A DNA stretch of 36,621 nt from Octopus bimaculoides (taxonomy: Eukaryota). The position numbers were made by a program, and so were the translations under genes. The notes below the pieces were generated by a model that saw nothing but the letters and a program-made list of their open reading frames with translations, was not told the origin of the DNA and searched no databases. Of this stretch, positions 23,490-34,487 are shown piece after piece (position 1 is the stretch's first letter; every line of letters starts with the position of its first letter). Where the stretch lies: assembly GCF_001194135.2 (NCBI RefSeq), contig NC_068989.1:34317390-34354010 (forward strand). The letters are read 5' to 3'.

Positions 23490-24263
23490 GACCCATCAAG
23501 TTTCACGCATGTGTAGGAACCGTTCTTCTTCACGGGATTATTCTACAGGGTGAACCAAACATCGCTCTTTCTCGCGCGGACGCGCGCTTTCCTGCTCCAT
23601 CTATTTGCTGGTTTCATAAGAAATTCAAGGATCAGGTCGAAAAGTGTACACAGCCCTGCTCTTATTCTTCTCAGGGAAACTAGGCCAGGAGGCACTGGGC
23701 ACGAGAGTTGTCTCCTTCATTGATTCACTTTACCGTGCATTTTTTATCCGAGATACTATTTCTTCAAAGTTCTTTATGGTGAACACGGGAGCCAGTGTGA
23801 GTGTCTGGGCTCGAAGGTTTACTGCCACCAATCCTGGTCTCTTTGACATCTTTCTCTACGGGGTGAATCACTCTGCTATTAAAAGCTACGGGCAAATCTC
23901 TCTTACACTGGATTTGTCACTCCGTGGGGATTTCAAGTGGATCTTCGTCATTGCGGACCTGTCCTACTCCATCCTAGGAGCTGACTTCTGACATCACTAT
24001 TCTCTCCTTGTGGACTTAGAGGACGCCGGCTTCTTGTTGATACTACCTCACTCATTGTATCCGGAAAGGATTCTTCTGTTCCTGTTGTGAGCCCTTCTTT
24101 TTTTGTGGCTGCTTTTGTTGACTCTTACCACCAGTTACTCGCTTCGTTTCCAGAGTTGACCGATTTGTTATTTCATCCGTTGAATCCAGCCCATTCCACG
24201 AGGCATTTCACCATGACTAAGAGACCTATTTTTTTATCCCGACCGCACCGTTTGTCTCCAGAG
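23490..24263 (+). pseudogene. CsRn1-clade Gypsy gag end, protease and start of RT (degenerate)
   Basis: CWFHKKFKDQVEKCTQPC (C-X2-H-X9-C-X3-C) QGN* at 23683; -1 frame FMVNTGASVSV (DTG changed to NTG, 23782-23790), WIFVIADLSYSILGADF; then FLSRPHRLSPE, truncated by an LTR. Confidence 0.88.
23674..23680 (+). promoter_or_regulatory. -1 ribosomal frameshift slippery heptamer G GGA AAC at the gag/pol overlap
   Basis: Gag frame CAG GGA AAC TAG; the protease frame (GGG AAA CTA) is -1 relative to it; X XXY YYZ pattern directly before the gag stop. Confidence 0.7.
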
Positions 24264-24859
24264 TGACAGCAGTTACATTTGCCAGATGCCTTCGCTAAGC
24301 AGAATAATGTCTTTGTCACTTGACCCTTCTAACCGCTTCTAGGCCACCAAAAGCTAGAATAGAGATAACTGACCGCCAACGAAATCTATTGTTCTCAACA
24401 ATATGTCTATCCTTCTGGCTGGTTTTGGATAGTTATAAAAACAAGAACTCCGTAAGCCAAAGTCAGTTAGTGAGAACCGAGTCTGGCTGACCGGCTAAAC
24501 AAAACACCGTCTCTGCAGGAAAAGGCAAAGGAGACAACTATGGTAACTCACCAACGAAGCAGTTGTTTCGTCTCACCACTCTCACTTTCACTAACTCACT
24601 TTCTTTTCTCTGTAACATTACTATCACTCTCTATATATACGACTATGAGATCGTGTACACACATATTCAGGCCGAAATTAACTTTCTTTACCTTGCATGC
24701 TTTACGAACTGTCTTATACTATTACACTAGCCTATCCGTTGTAGTATGGCATATATCAAAGTAACGGTAAATAAATACTTCTTTACAACTTCGATCACTG
24801 TTCTTCTTTCATCTTTCACATCTTACAACATGCTGTTGCAATAAATCTTTGCCGTTACA
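24264..24859 (+). mobile_element. LTR C (diverged relative of LTR A/B; closest to the 3559 copy)
   Basis: TG..CCGTTACA; TATAAAA at 24434 with Inr TCAGTT whose A (24465) is 31 nt downstream; GGTAAATAAATA poly(A) region shared with LTR B; no PBS follows. Confidence 0.75.
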
Positions 24860-24959
24860 GAATCATAGATTAATTAGAACATGTCGGTGAAGTGTTATCA
24901 CTTGGCATTCGGCGAGACGAGACCATGCCGGTCAATATTTGCTGTTGGACAAGAACTTC

Positions 24960-25905
24960 GGCTAGAATCTTTACTTCAGCCCAAGATAAAAAACTATGAA
25001 TAGGAAGGCAGTCAAATTGACCAGTCTCATTCAAGAATCCACGACGTTGATGGGGATGTGCTGAACATTCTTTTCCAGAAGTGCTACAAGTTAAAGATGA
25101 AGGTATTCTTGGTAGGGCTCAATTACCTCAAGGTTATTTTAATAGTTGCCCAAGATTAGCCATCTTGAATTGAAAGATGAACTCGAAAGATCGATCAGTA
25201 ATTGCAGCTCCAATAGAGCATCACGCTAATGAGGGAGGAACCGCGATAGAGAGGAAGAAGTCACTAAACAATTTTACAATCTGTTGATGGGTGGTTGAGG
25301 AACCAGAGCTCGCATTTGGAACTGTTGATGCAAAGGCCCCTACGACCGAGTTCCTCAATCATCGTCCTCTCAGTTGCAATGACCTTACCAGGACCCCCAT
25401 CCCCAAACAAGCATCATCAAGATACCAGACATTCAAGTCCAGGCCAGCTCCCTTCTTGGTAACATCATCAATACCCAGTGCAAATAGAGCAGGTCCAAGC
25501 GGGTCACCCTGTTGGACTCCAGAAGCAGAGGGGATGAAGTGATCGCCAAAGGAGAGATAGGAGTGCTCCTGATAAGCTTGCCAAGCAAAGTTATAGAGTT
25601 GTGGGGTATTCTCCTTTCCTGCATGGAGGATGATATTCCGACTGATGGAAATGAAGACATTCCTGAGATCTAGTTTGAGGATGATCTTTGGGGTTTCAGA
25701 AGGCACGTTAGTGAAAGCTCTAGAGGCGTGAGTAGCAACCTCACAACCTACCTTTGTACCCACCTCTAGCTGAGTAGGGGAAAATTCGGCAGACTGGCAA
25801 TTTCATCGTGAGCCGTCGCAGAGTACATCCAACTGCTATGGGTCGGAGGTCACCATTGGGCTTTGTGAGACCAAATAGTTTAGCCCCAATGTCTGGCTCT
25901 TGAGA
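24960..25905 (-). pseudogene. CRE-clade (RLE-type) non-LTR retrotransposon RT relic
   Basis: GAKLFGLTKPNGDLRPIAVGCTLRRL; PTQLEVGTKVGCE; LKLDLRNVF; GVQQGDPLGPALF; WYLDD; GLCINSSKCEL. Order and spacing are typical of CRE-like RTs; frameshifted. Confidence 0.8.
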
Positions 25906-26499
25906 AGCGATGCATATTTATGTGATCGCGTACTAATTTGCATATGACTGCTTAGTTCGTGTATAGTTTTAGTAGGTTCTCCAGCTAGGTGTTGGTTCTT
26001 ACGTATTGTTTTAAATCATCAATGTAAAGAAGATGATATAGAGTTTTTCCATAGCATTCGTAAATGTTAATAGTTTGATTCGGTTTTGTTATAGTGCTTG
26101 TAACTTTTTATATCCTTGACACACGTTGGATATATAAATTACGCAGCAGAGGTTAAATCAATGTCTTCACACGACATTTTTCGCAAGACTACCAAACGCT
26201 CTCTACCCGACTACTACCGACCTCTACTCTTTATAAGAGTTCGGCTAGTCCATTCTTCCAATCTCCCAAGAGTGTCAATGACTCTCGCCACATCTCCCCC
26301 TTTGAAATTGACTACCGTTGGAAGTTAATATTATTTTTATTTATTTATTTTTCTTTCATCACATCTCTATTTTGAGATTTTCCTCCTGGGGAAGTTTAAT
26401 ATTTTTTTTCCGCTTAGGTACTACTTCCAACCGTTCTGTTTGTTTCCTCTTTCTTGTGCTGCTACGACTATGTTCGATTTCTTGTGGTGTTGGAACATC

Positions 26500-29420
26500 A
26501 AAGGTGTCATAGAACACTTCCATGGGTATCTCTTTTCTTTTTTCCGTATATCTATTTTTTAGCTGGTTTAATTGTCTTTTGTGTTCCCATTTTTAACCTC
26601 TTATATATGTCATGTTGCCATTTCTTTTGTTACTACTCCGTCTTCGTAACCTTGTCTTCTATTTTTATATATTTTGAAAAACACCTTGTCACCGATATTA
26701 ACACACTTTGTCGTATTTTTATTGTTTTCCCTACTTGTCTTTCTTACTGGTAGCAGCTTATCAAAATTTGACTTTATTTTTCGAGCAAACATTAGTTCCG
26801 CAGGCGACTTGCCTGAAAAAGCGTTTGGGTTTGGTGTTATCCTAGAAACCCTCAGAAATTGTGTCAATGCTGTGTTATTGACTAGCTCGTTTCTTGATTT
26901 CTTTGATGCTCTTTTAAATGTACCCACGAACCTTTCCGCTTTCCCGTCAGATCTTGAGTGATACGGAGGAGTAAGTAACATGTTCAATTGAGTACATCTA
27001 GCAAAAATTCTTAAATTCATTCGCCGTGGATTGTGTACCGTTATCGGAGACTATGGTATCCGGGACATCATACCAAGCAAAGGGTTCGTGTAGAAATTTG
27101 ACAGTTACCGTGGATGCTGGTTTGCTACATTTACACATTTCTGGTCATTTTGTATAGCTATCTATCACTATTAGATAATATGATCGGTTTAACGGTCCTG
27201 CGAAGTCTATGTATAGTCTGGACCATGGTATATCGGTCTTGGACAAAGGTTGAAATTTTATAAGTGGTGATTTCGTTGCAAGAGCACAGCCTCTGCAGGA
27301 TTTTACCGACTTCTCGATATCTAGATCTATTTTTGGCCAGTAAACATAACTCCTTATAAGCGACTTGATTCTAGAAATTCCTGGATGTCCAGTGTGGAAT
27401 TCCTTTAACATTCGACCTTTCAGTGAGGTAGGCATTACGACCCTCTGTGCTTATATAAGCACATTATCACATATCGAATACAAATTCGAAGCTATGTTAC
27501 GTTCAGCCACACGTATTTTTTCTTTTTTTCTTTTGATCTCAATATTTTTTTTCATTTTTATGATAAACTTGTCCGTCTCTATCTTAATTTTTGTTTCCTC
27601 TAATGTCACAAGCAATTCACGCACAATATTGCATAATATATTTTTTATTTCATTTTCGGCTTTTAACACTGCTATCACTGTGTCTTCTAGTGGTTCACCG
27701 TATTTTGGTATTAACCTTGACAAACCAACTGCATGTCCCAATTTTTTCGATAACAAATACTCCATCTTGAAGTTGTAATTCAGTAGGATCGTTCCCCAGC
27801 GCTGCAATCTGTTGGCTGTATGATTGGGGATACCCTTTTTTGATCCATAGATGGACAATAATAGGCGGTGGTCTGTCTGCAGACGGAACCTTCTTCCATG
27901 TATAGATTCATGGAATTTTTTTTTTACCACAAATACGATGGCTAATGCCTCTTTTTCTATTTGACTGTAGCTTTTCTCAGCCGGCAATAAAAAACGCGAA
28001 GTGAGCTACTGCTTTCTGGCTACCATCTTCATATTTGTGTAAAACCACAACTCCGATACCACTTTTACTAGCATCTGCTGCCACTACTATTTCTAAATTC
28101 GGGTTAAAATGTAATAACGACAATTCCGACGTTAAGACGTTTTTAATTTTTTCAAAACTTTTTTGGCATTTGTCCGACCAGTTCCACTAAGTTATTCTGG
28201 GGTGCTCTTAAATCTTACATATTCAAGATGTATACCTGGTAGTAATTTGCAAGCCCCCAAAATGCTTGTAAAGCTGTAATGTTTGTTGGGTGAGGCATAT
28301 TTTTTATTACACTCGCCTTAGCCGGGTCTAGTCTGAGTCAATTTTCATCAATAATTTGCCCTAGATATTTCATTCTTGACATAAAAATTCACACTTTTCC
28401 TCGCTGAGCTTAAAACTCTTTTATTCTTTGGAAGACCTTTTTAACATGCTCAGCATGCTGACCTCGAGATTCACTTTTTATGAGCATGTCGTCAAGGTAA
28501 GCTACATCGAAATCCGAACCGGCGAGCATAATGTCCATAACTTGTTGGAAAATGCCAGGTGCTACCTTTATACCAAAGGGGAGTCGATTAAATTTATACA
28601 ACCCTTTACGAGTATTTATTGTCAATAATTTTGAACATTCCTCATCGACTGCTACCTGCAAATATACTTCAAATAAGTCCAAATTTGAAAAAAATATTCC
28701 TTCATTCAACTTTGCGAAAATTTCTTCCGGACTTGGTAACGGGTATTGTATGGCATCAAACGTTCGTTTAATCCCGTTGAGAAATCAGCGCATACTCGGA
28801 TTTTATAAGTGTTTTTTTTTTTTTGTTTGTTTACATAAACTGTTGGGGACGCCCATTTTGAGTAAACAATTTTATCAATAACGCCAAGCTTTTCAAGTCT
28901 ATCCAATTCTTCGTTGACTTGTTTCAACGCTGCGAAAGATACCATTCATTTTGGTTTAAAAACCAGTACAACGTTTTCTTTCACTTGAAACTTCGCCTCT
29001 ATTTTGGTACAAAGACCCAATTCCCCAGAAAAAGCTTCAAGAAAAAAAATTTTTTTAATCCTCCGACACCTTATTTATAATAGCAGAAGAACCATTCACA
29101 TTTTTACGAAAAATATTTATGGGGAGGTCTCATAAGTGAAATAGTTCCACCCAATCTGTTCCAAATAAATTTGTTGTATTTTTCAACACAAAAGCTTTGG
29201 CTTTCAAGGTTTTTCCACGAAATGTAACATCACTTATCATTTCGCCCATAAAATACATTTTTTTTCCTGAAACACCTCACGCAATTTTCGAAGTTTTCTT
29301 TAATCTAGGTTTCCCTATCTTTCTCCATGTATCTGTATTAATTATCGTGATATCATTGCCCGTATCCAATTGTAACTTGATATTCAAATTATTCATTTTT
29401 ATAGACACAAATTTTCTTTT
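26500..29420 (-). pseudogene. Gypsy pol (protease, RT, RNase H, integrase), disrupted
   Basis: LQLDTG (DTG at 29366-29358); RVCADFSTGLN; RLPFGIKVAPGIFQ..YLDD; YSQIEKEALA..TDH; FHTGHPG..YWP..CRGC (HHCC); IDFAGP; SDNG; PYHSRSDGKAERFV. Confidence 0.92.
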
Positions 29421-29496
29421 CTGAGCCTCGCTTAGAATTTTTTTTCTTTTTTTAACAATACATTCTTCCTAGAATTTTTAAAATTTGACCCATTTT

Positions 29497-30430
29497 TTAT
29501 TTTGCTATACAATGTGAGCTTTTATGTCCGATTTTTCCACAATCAAAACATTTACGATTTTTAAAAGGACAATTACTTTTAAAATGTAAACCTCCGCACC
29601 CATACCATAGATTTGGTCTTGACGTTCGTTTTTCTTTTTTTTTTTTTATCCGTTTCAGGTCGACACACATTGTATTTGAGAGCAATCTTTTTCTTCATTT
29701 TTATCCGCGTCATGTCTTAAATTTATAATCCTCTGACATTCTTCAGCCAATGCCTGTAGAGTTAATTTTTGGTCCTGTTCTAATTTTGTTAACCTACGGG
29801 AACGTATATCAGCATCTTTTCTGACTGTTAACTCTTGAACAAAAATTAGACATTTGAACAAATCCGGAGTTAATTCATAAATTTGAATTTTTCACACTCT
29901 TTGTTAACGACCTCAACATAGGTGACGAAATCTTCATCTTTTTAATTAAATTTAATCATTGCCAACGAGTATTGAACAGAGAATTTCTTTCACTGAAAAT
30001 TCTCGATAACAACTTAGCTGTTTCATCGAAACAAATCTCACCTGGTTTCTTCGGCAGAATATAGTTACAGTGTTTTTCGTGTTCGGCAGAGGATAACTTT
30101 CTTAAAAGTAGTTGCACCTTCTTCTCGTCATTTCAATTCTTTGAAGATTTCTTCGTATCTTCTAAAATATGCAGAAAAATACCTTCTTCTGGGTTATAAA
30201 TAAATTCTCCAATTGAATTTGCTACGCAGTCTGACGAAAACGAACCTGAAGTAGTTTCAGACTTCTTCACCATTACTTCCAATAACTGTTGGTATTGTTG
30301 TTGTTGCTATTGTAATTGTTGTAACTGCTGTTGTTGCTATTGTAATTGTTGTAACTGCTGTTGTTGCTATTGTAGTTGTTTTAACTGCTGGTGTTGCTGT
30401 TGTAACTGCACTACGCAAGCTCACAAATCT
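29497..30430 (-). pseudogene. Gypsy gag with Gln-rich N-terminus and two zinc knuckles
   Basis: ANSIGEFIYNPEEG; FKCLIFVQ..ADIRSRRLTKLEQD; WYGCGGLHFKSNCPFKNRKCFDCGKIGHKSSHC (double CCHC, first Cys mutated); stops and frameshifts. Confidence 0.85.
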
Positions 30431-30714
30431 TCGATGTTAATGATTTTTTCTTTGGTTTCGTACCACAAAAAAAATTTAAACGTTCGACGCAAGCTCAAAT
30501 ATCTCGTCGCCACTTTTATATCCTTGACACACGTTGGATATATAAATTACGCAGCGGAGGTTAAATCAATGTATTCACACGACGTACTTCGCGAGACTAC
30601 TAAACGTTCTTCGCCCGACTACTACCGACCTCTACTCTTTATAAGAGTTCAGCTAGTCCATCCTTCCAATACCCCATGGGTGTTAATGACTCTCGCCACA
30701 ACATAACCGTTTTT

Positions 30715-30914
30715 AATTGTGGATCTAGTTCAAAACGGGGGCACCAGTATTTTCTTAACGAAACACTAACTTGGGACACTGGTAGAATGTGTCATATAAA
30801 ACATCTTTTACTCTTAGTCTTCTTAAAAAAACGTACATCGCAAGTTATTCCATGTTAAAGTTGTCGTATTTCTGTAATTTCAACCAATCACTGACGTCTA
30901 TTCAGCTGAATAGA
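30715..30914. repeat. 200-bp segment identical to 31299-31498 across an assembly gap
   Basis: The two copies appear identical by direct comparison and diverge immediately after TATTCAGCTGAATAGA. Confidence 0.85.
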
Positions 30915-31301
30915 GTTACTGCTAGCCGGTCATAAAGATGTTATTCCCTGTGATATATTTCATCCGGTTTAATCGTAATTTATACGCATATATTGTTTAT
31001 ATAATAAATTACGCTGTGCGTATNNNNNNNNNNNNNNNNNNNNNNNNNNNNNNNNNNNNNNNNNNNNNNNNNNNNNNNNNNNNNNNNNNNNNNNNNNNNN
31101 NNNNNNNNNNNNNNNNNNNNNNNNNNNNNNNNNNNNNNNNNNNNNNNNNNNNNNNNNNNNNNNNNNNNNNNNNNNNNNNNNNNNNNNNNNNNNNNNNNNN
31201 NNNNNNNNNNNNNNNNNNNNNNNNNNNNNNNNNNNNNNNNNNNNNNNNNNNNNNNNNNNNNNNNNNNNNNNNNNNNNNNNNNNNNNNNNNNNNNNNNNAA
31301 T

Positions 31302-31659
31302 TGTGGATCTAGTTCAAAACGGGGGCACCAGTATTTTCTTAACGAAACACTAACTTGGGACACTGGTAGAATGTGTCATATAAAACATCTTTTACTCTTA
31401 GTCTTCTTAAAAAAACGTACATCGCAAGTTATTCCATGTTAAAGTTGTCGTATTTCTGTAATTTCAACCAATCACTGACGTCTATTCAGCTGAATAGACG
31501 TCAGTGATTGGTTGAAATTACAGAAATACGACAACTTTAACATGGAATAACTTGCGATGTACGTTTTTTTGTTAAGAAGACTAAGAGTAAAAGATGTTTT
31601 ATATGACACATTCTACCAGTGTCCCAAGTTTCAAAGTGTTTCGTTAAGAAATAGATCCA
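31302..31659. repeat. Spacer-less palindrome (about 160-bp arms) centred at 31489/31490
   Basis: ..CCAATCACTGACGTCTATTCAG|CTGAATAGACGTCAGTGATTGG..; arms differ only by distal indels. Confidence 0.9.
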
Positions 31660-32566
31660 ATAAACATCGGATTCAGACCAGGAATCGAAACCTTTGGTTT
31701 CGCATTCGTTTCCATTGCTTTGAGATTGTGCACTTAAAATCCATTTGTTTAACCTGTCAAGTTCACCATCTTCGTCGATTATACATAGGCGAATCTATAT
31801 AAACTCGTTCAGCTCTAATTTCAGTAACCTAATTCAGCTTTAACACCGGACTATATTCGCGGTAAAAGACAACTAAACTATAAAAAAAACCAGTTCTATC
31901 TGCAACTTTTAGACAGTTTCTTTGATTTTTCTGGAAGTTCTTTCTGTCATTCTCAGAGTTTACTTCTGCCGCCCATAGTCAGTAACCTCGGCAGACGCGC
32001 GCTCGCGCTCGCGCACATATAAGCAACTTTTTTTTGCGCGTACCTTATACCCTTTATATTCCTAGTTCCATACACTTTCCGACATGCAATTATATGGAGT
32101 GGACGGGAGATTTTCGAGGTAAACTGTCATCCACAATACTTACGTGTTCTTTTCCAACTCGTCGGAGTTGAGTAAGTACGTAACATTTAAATAAAATCAG
32201 TAATAAGTATAGACTATCTTTCGTCACTTCATTTCATTGTATCCAGAAATGGATTAACTTGTTATATCTCAAACCGTTACTCATGTTACATATAGACAAC
32301 AATTGAAGACTTACTCAGACTTCTTATATTTGATCCAGTTTCCAAAATGACGCATTAGAGAACTGAAATACTTAGCATTTCATTCCACAGCAAATATTTT
32401 TTTTATTCTTAAGTCAGCAGCAACTTATTTTAGATTAAATATTGGTGGTATTGTTCAAAAACCATTGCCCTTTTTGGAAAAAAAATATCGGTAAAAAGCC
32501 AGCAATTTTGCAAGTGTGTGTGTGTGTCCGTGCGTGCGTGCGTGCGTGTGTGTGTGTGTGTGTGTG

Positions 32567-32610
<44 letters not shown>

Positions 32611-32707
32611 AACAGACAGACAGACACATAGACAGATAGATAAATGTAATATACGCACGCGTGTGAATATGTATGTAAACGACTTGCAGTACAAAAATGG
32701 AAAGGAC

Positions 32708-32962
32708 CGCCTTAGAAATTTTGGAAACATTCGAGGATTCCACACGTGTAGTATAAATAAAACTTTATGAGCGAATTGAGGGATCTGTGAGTACTAAGAC
32801 CAAACTTGCTTAATTATCGTTTTATGGTATATTTGATAAACAATAAAATACCATTCTTTAAAAGTTTTGTTCATATTTGCGGAGCCTAGCATATTAGGCT
32901 CATAAAGTTTTATTTATACTACACGTGTGGAATCCTCGAATGTTTACAAAAATTCTAAGGCG
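32708..32962. mobile_element. MITE-like element with 65-bp terminal inverted repeats
   Basis: 32708-32772 is the reverse complement of 32898-32962 with a few mismatches; 125-bp spacer. Confidence 0.7.
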
Positions 32963-33386
32963 TACTGTTTTATATTAAATATACTATAAACCGGTAATTC
33001 AAACTTGGTGAATGTAGCATGTCATTTCTATATAGTCCTTTCCGAAGTTAAAATTTTTTTTTTTACCAGAGGTCGTAATGTACAGACTTGATAACTTTGC
33101 CGGATTATCCGTAGGTTGGTTTTAATTTGAATTATTTGAAAATTTAATCAGTTATTCAACAGGATTCAGTCAATTTTTACTATTACATCCATCTCGTAAG
33201 GCGGACGTAATCTCTGATCAGAGAACTTTCGGAATACCTACCATTACATCATAAAAAATGGAAGAGAGCAGGAAAGTGGATGGTTGTTTCCTTCTATAAA
33301 AAATTTATGTTAAAAAAAATTAATTTTTATTTTCTTTTTAAAATTTTATTTCTCCCTCAAACTGTGCCCTTCCCTAGTAAATTTCA

Positions 33387-33422
33387 ACTGTTTCACCCGT
33401 CTCGCGAGACGGGTGAAACAGT
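33387..33422. repeat. Perfect 36-bp palindrome
   Basis: ACTGTTTCACCCGTCTCG|CGAGACGGGTGAAACAGT. Confidence 0.95.
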
Positions 33423-34039
33423 AAAAAAAAAAAAGAAATATTTTTACCTTTAAAACTTAAAGTAGTTTGTCCAAATTAAAACAAAATAGCATTAAGTTCT
33501 TAAAGTAATGAAATCTGGAAAGCTGATGTAAATACGAAACAACTAACAGAGATGCGTGTGTGATAGAATAAACTATCTGCTGGCTTGAATAAACAAATTA
33601 CTGAAACCAGAGTGTTCTTCCAAATATAATGTGAAGATGCAGGAATATAAAGGATACCTCTACCACCAGCAGCAGTAACAGATGGGTAACCAGTAAAACT
33701 TCGTTTCTTTGGCGCCGAAAAACGAAAAATATTTTTAAAAAATTGTATTGTGGTCATGATAGCCTTCGAGAATAAAGTTGATTGCATCGAAAAGATAAAA
33801 GGTATAAGAGAAAGAGAAGAGAAAGAGAGGGATCTGAACGAAAAATGTAATAAGGAAGCGTATTCAGAAAGTATTTTGTCGAATGCTCTTTTATTAAATA
33901 GAATACATTTTCTTTATTAATTTTCACTCCGTACAGTCAACAACAGGAAACGTTTACATTCAGATATATAATACCGTTTACTTTTACATGGCAAACATAC
34001 ATTAGACAGACACTACATAATTTTAACAATAGTATGTTC

Positions 34040-34362
34040 CTTTACAAACACATGGTTCCGGAGTAAATGTCATCAACTATATCTTCGGGCCGACCAAAGA
34101 CTCATGAGTGGATTTGGTAGACGACAGCTGAAAGAAGCCTGTTGTATATATATATATGTATATGTGTGTGTATCTTTGTGTCTTGTCATCTCATCACCGC
34201 TTGACAACCGGTGCTAGTGTGTTTACGTCTCCCTAAATTAGCACTTCAGCAAAAAAGACCGATAAAATAAGTACTGTCCTTAAAAAATAAGCCCTGGGAT
34301 CGATTTGCTAGACTAGAACCCCTCAATGCAGTGCTCCAGCAGTCTAATGATTGAAAATAAAA

Positions 34363-34368
<6 letters not shown>
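34040..34368 (+). mobile_element. tRNA-derived SINE, degenerate (family of 8553-8964)
   Basis: CACATGGTTCCGG..GGGCCGACCAAAG..GAGTGGATTTGGTAGACG..CTGAAAGAAGCC..GATAAAATAAGTACT..GTGCTCCAGCA..AATAAAAGAATA. Confidence 0.75.
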
Positions 34369-34416
<48 letters not shown>

Positions 34417-34487
34417 GTTTATAAATAAATGCATACATACATACATACATACATACATACATACATACATACATACATACATACATA

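Larger units (their letters stand above)
26104..30700 (-). mobile_element. Near-complete decayed Mag-clade Ty3/Gypsy LTR retrotransposon
   Basis: About 188-bp LTRs at 30513-30700 and 26104-26292 (about 18 mismatches by hand, roughly 10%); PBS TGGCGACGAG (30512-30503, tRNA-Ser GCU 3' end); PPT AAAGGGGGAGA before the 3' LTR; gag-PR-RT-RH-IN order; no TSD recognised. Confidence 0.92.

Noticed and set aside
25848-25855. Another PBS-like TGGTGACC on the minus strand
   Set aside because: It falls within the Asn-Gly-Asp-Leu codons of the CRE RT, with no adjacent LTR end.
26674-27778. Plus-strand ORFs at 26674-26961 and 27365-27778
   Set aside because: Antisense shadows of the Gypsy pol frames.
33500-33787. 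First exon with hydrophobic leader
   Set aside because: The hydrophobic frame lacks an ATG, and the phases do not join the 32315-32362 candidate exon.
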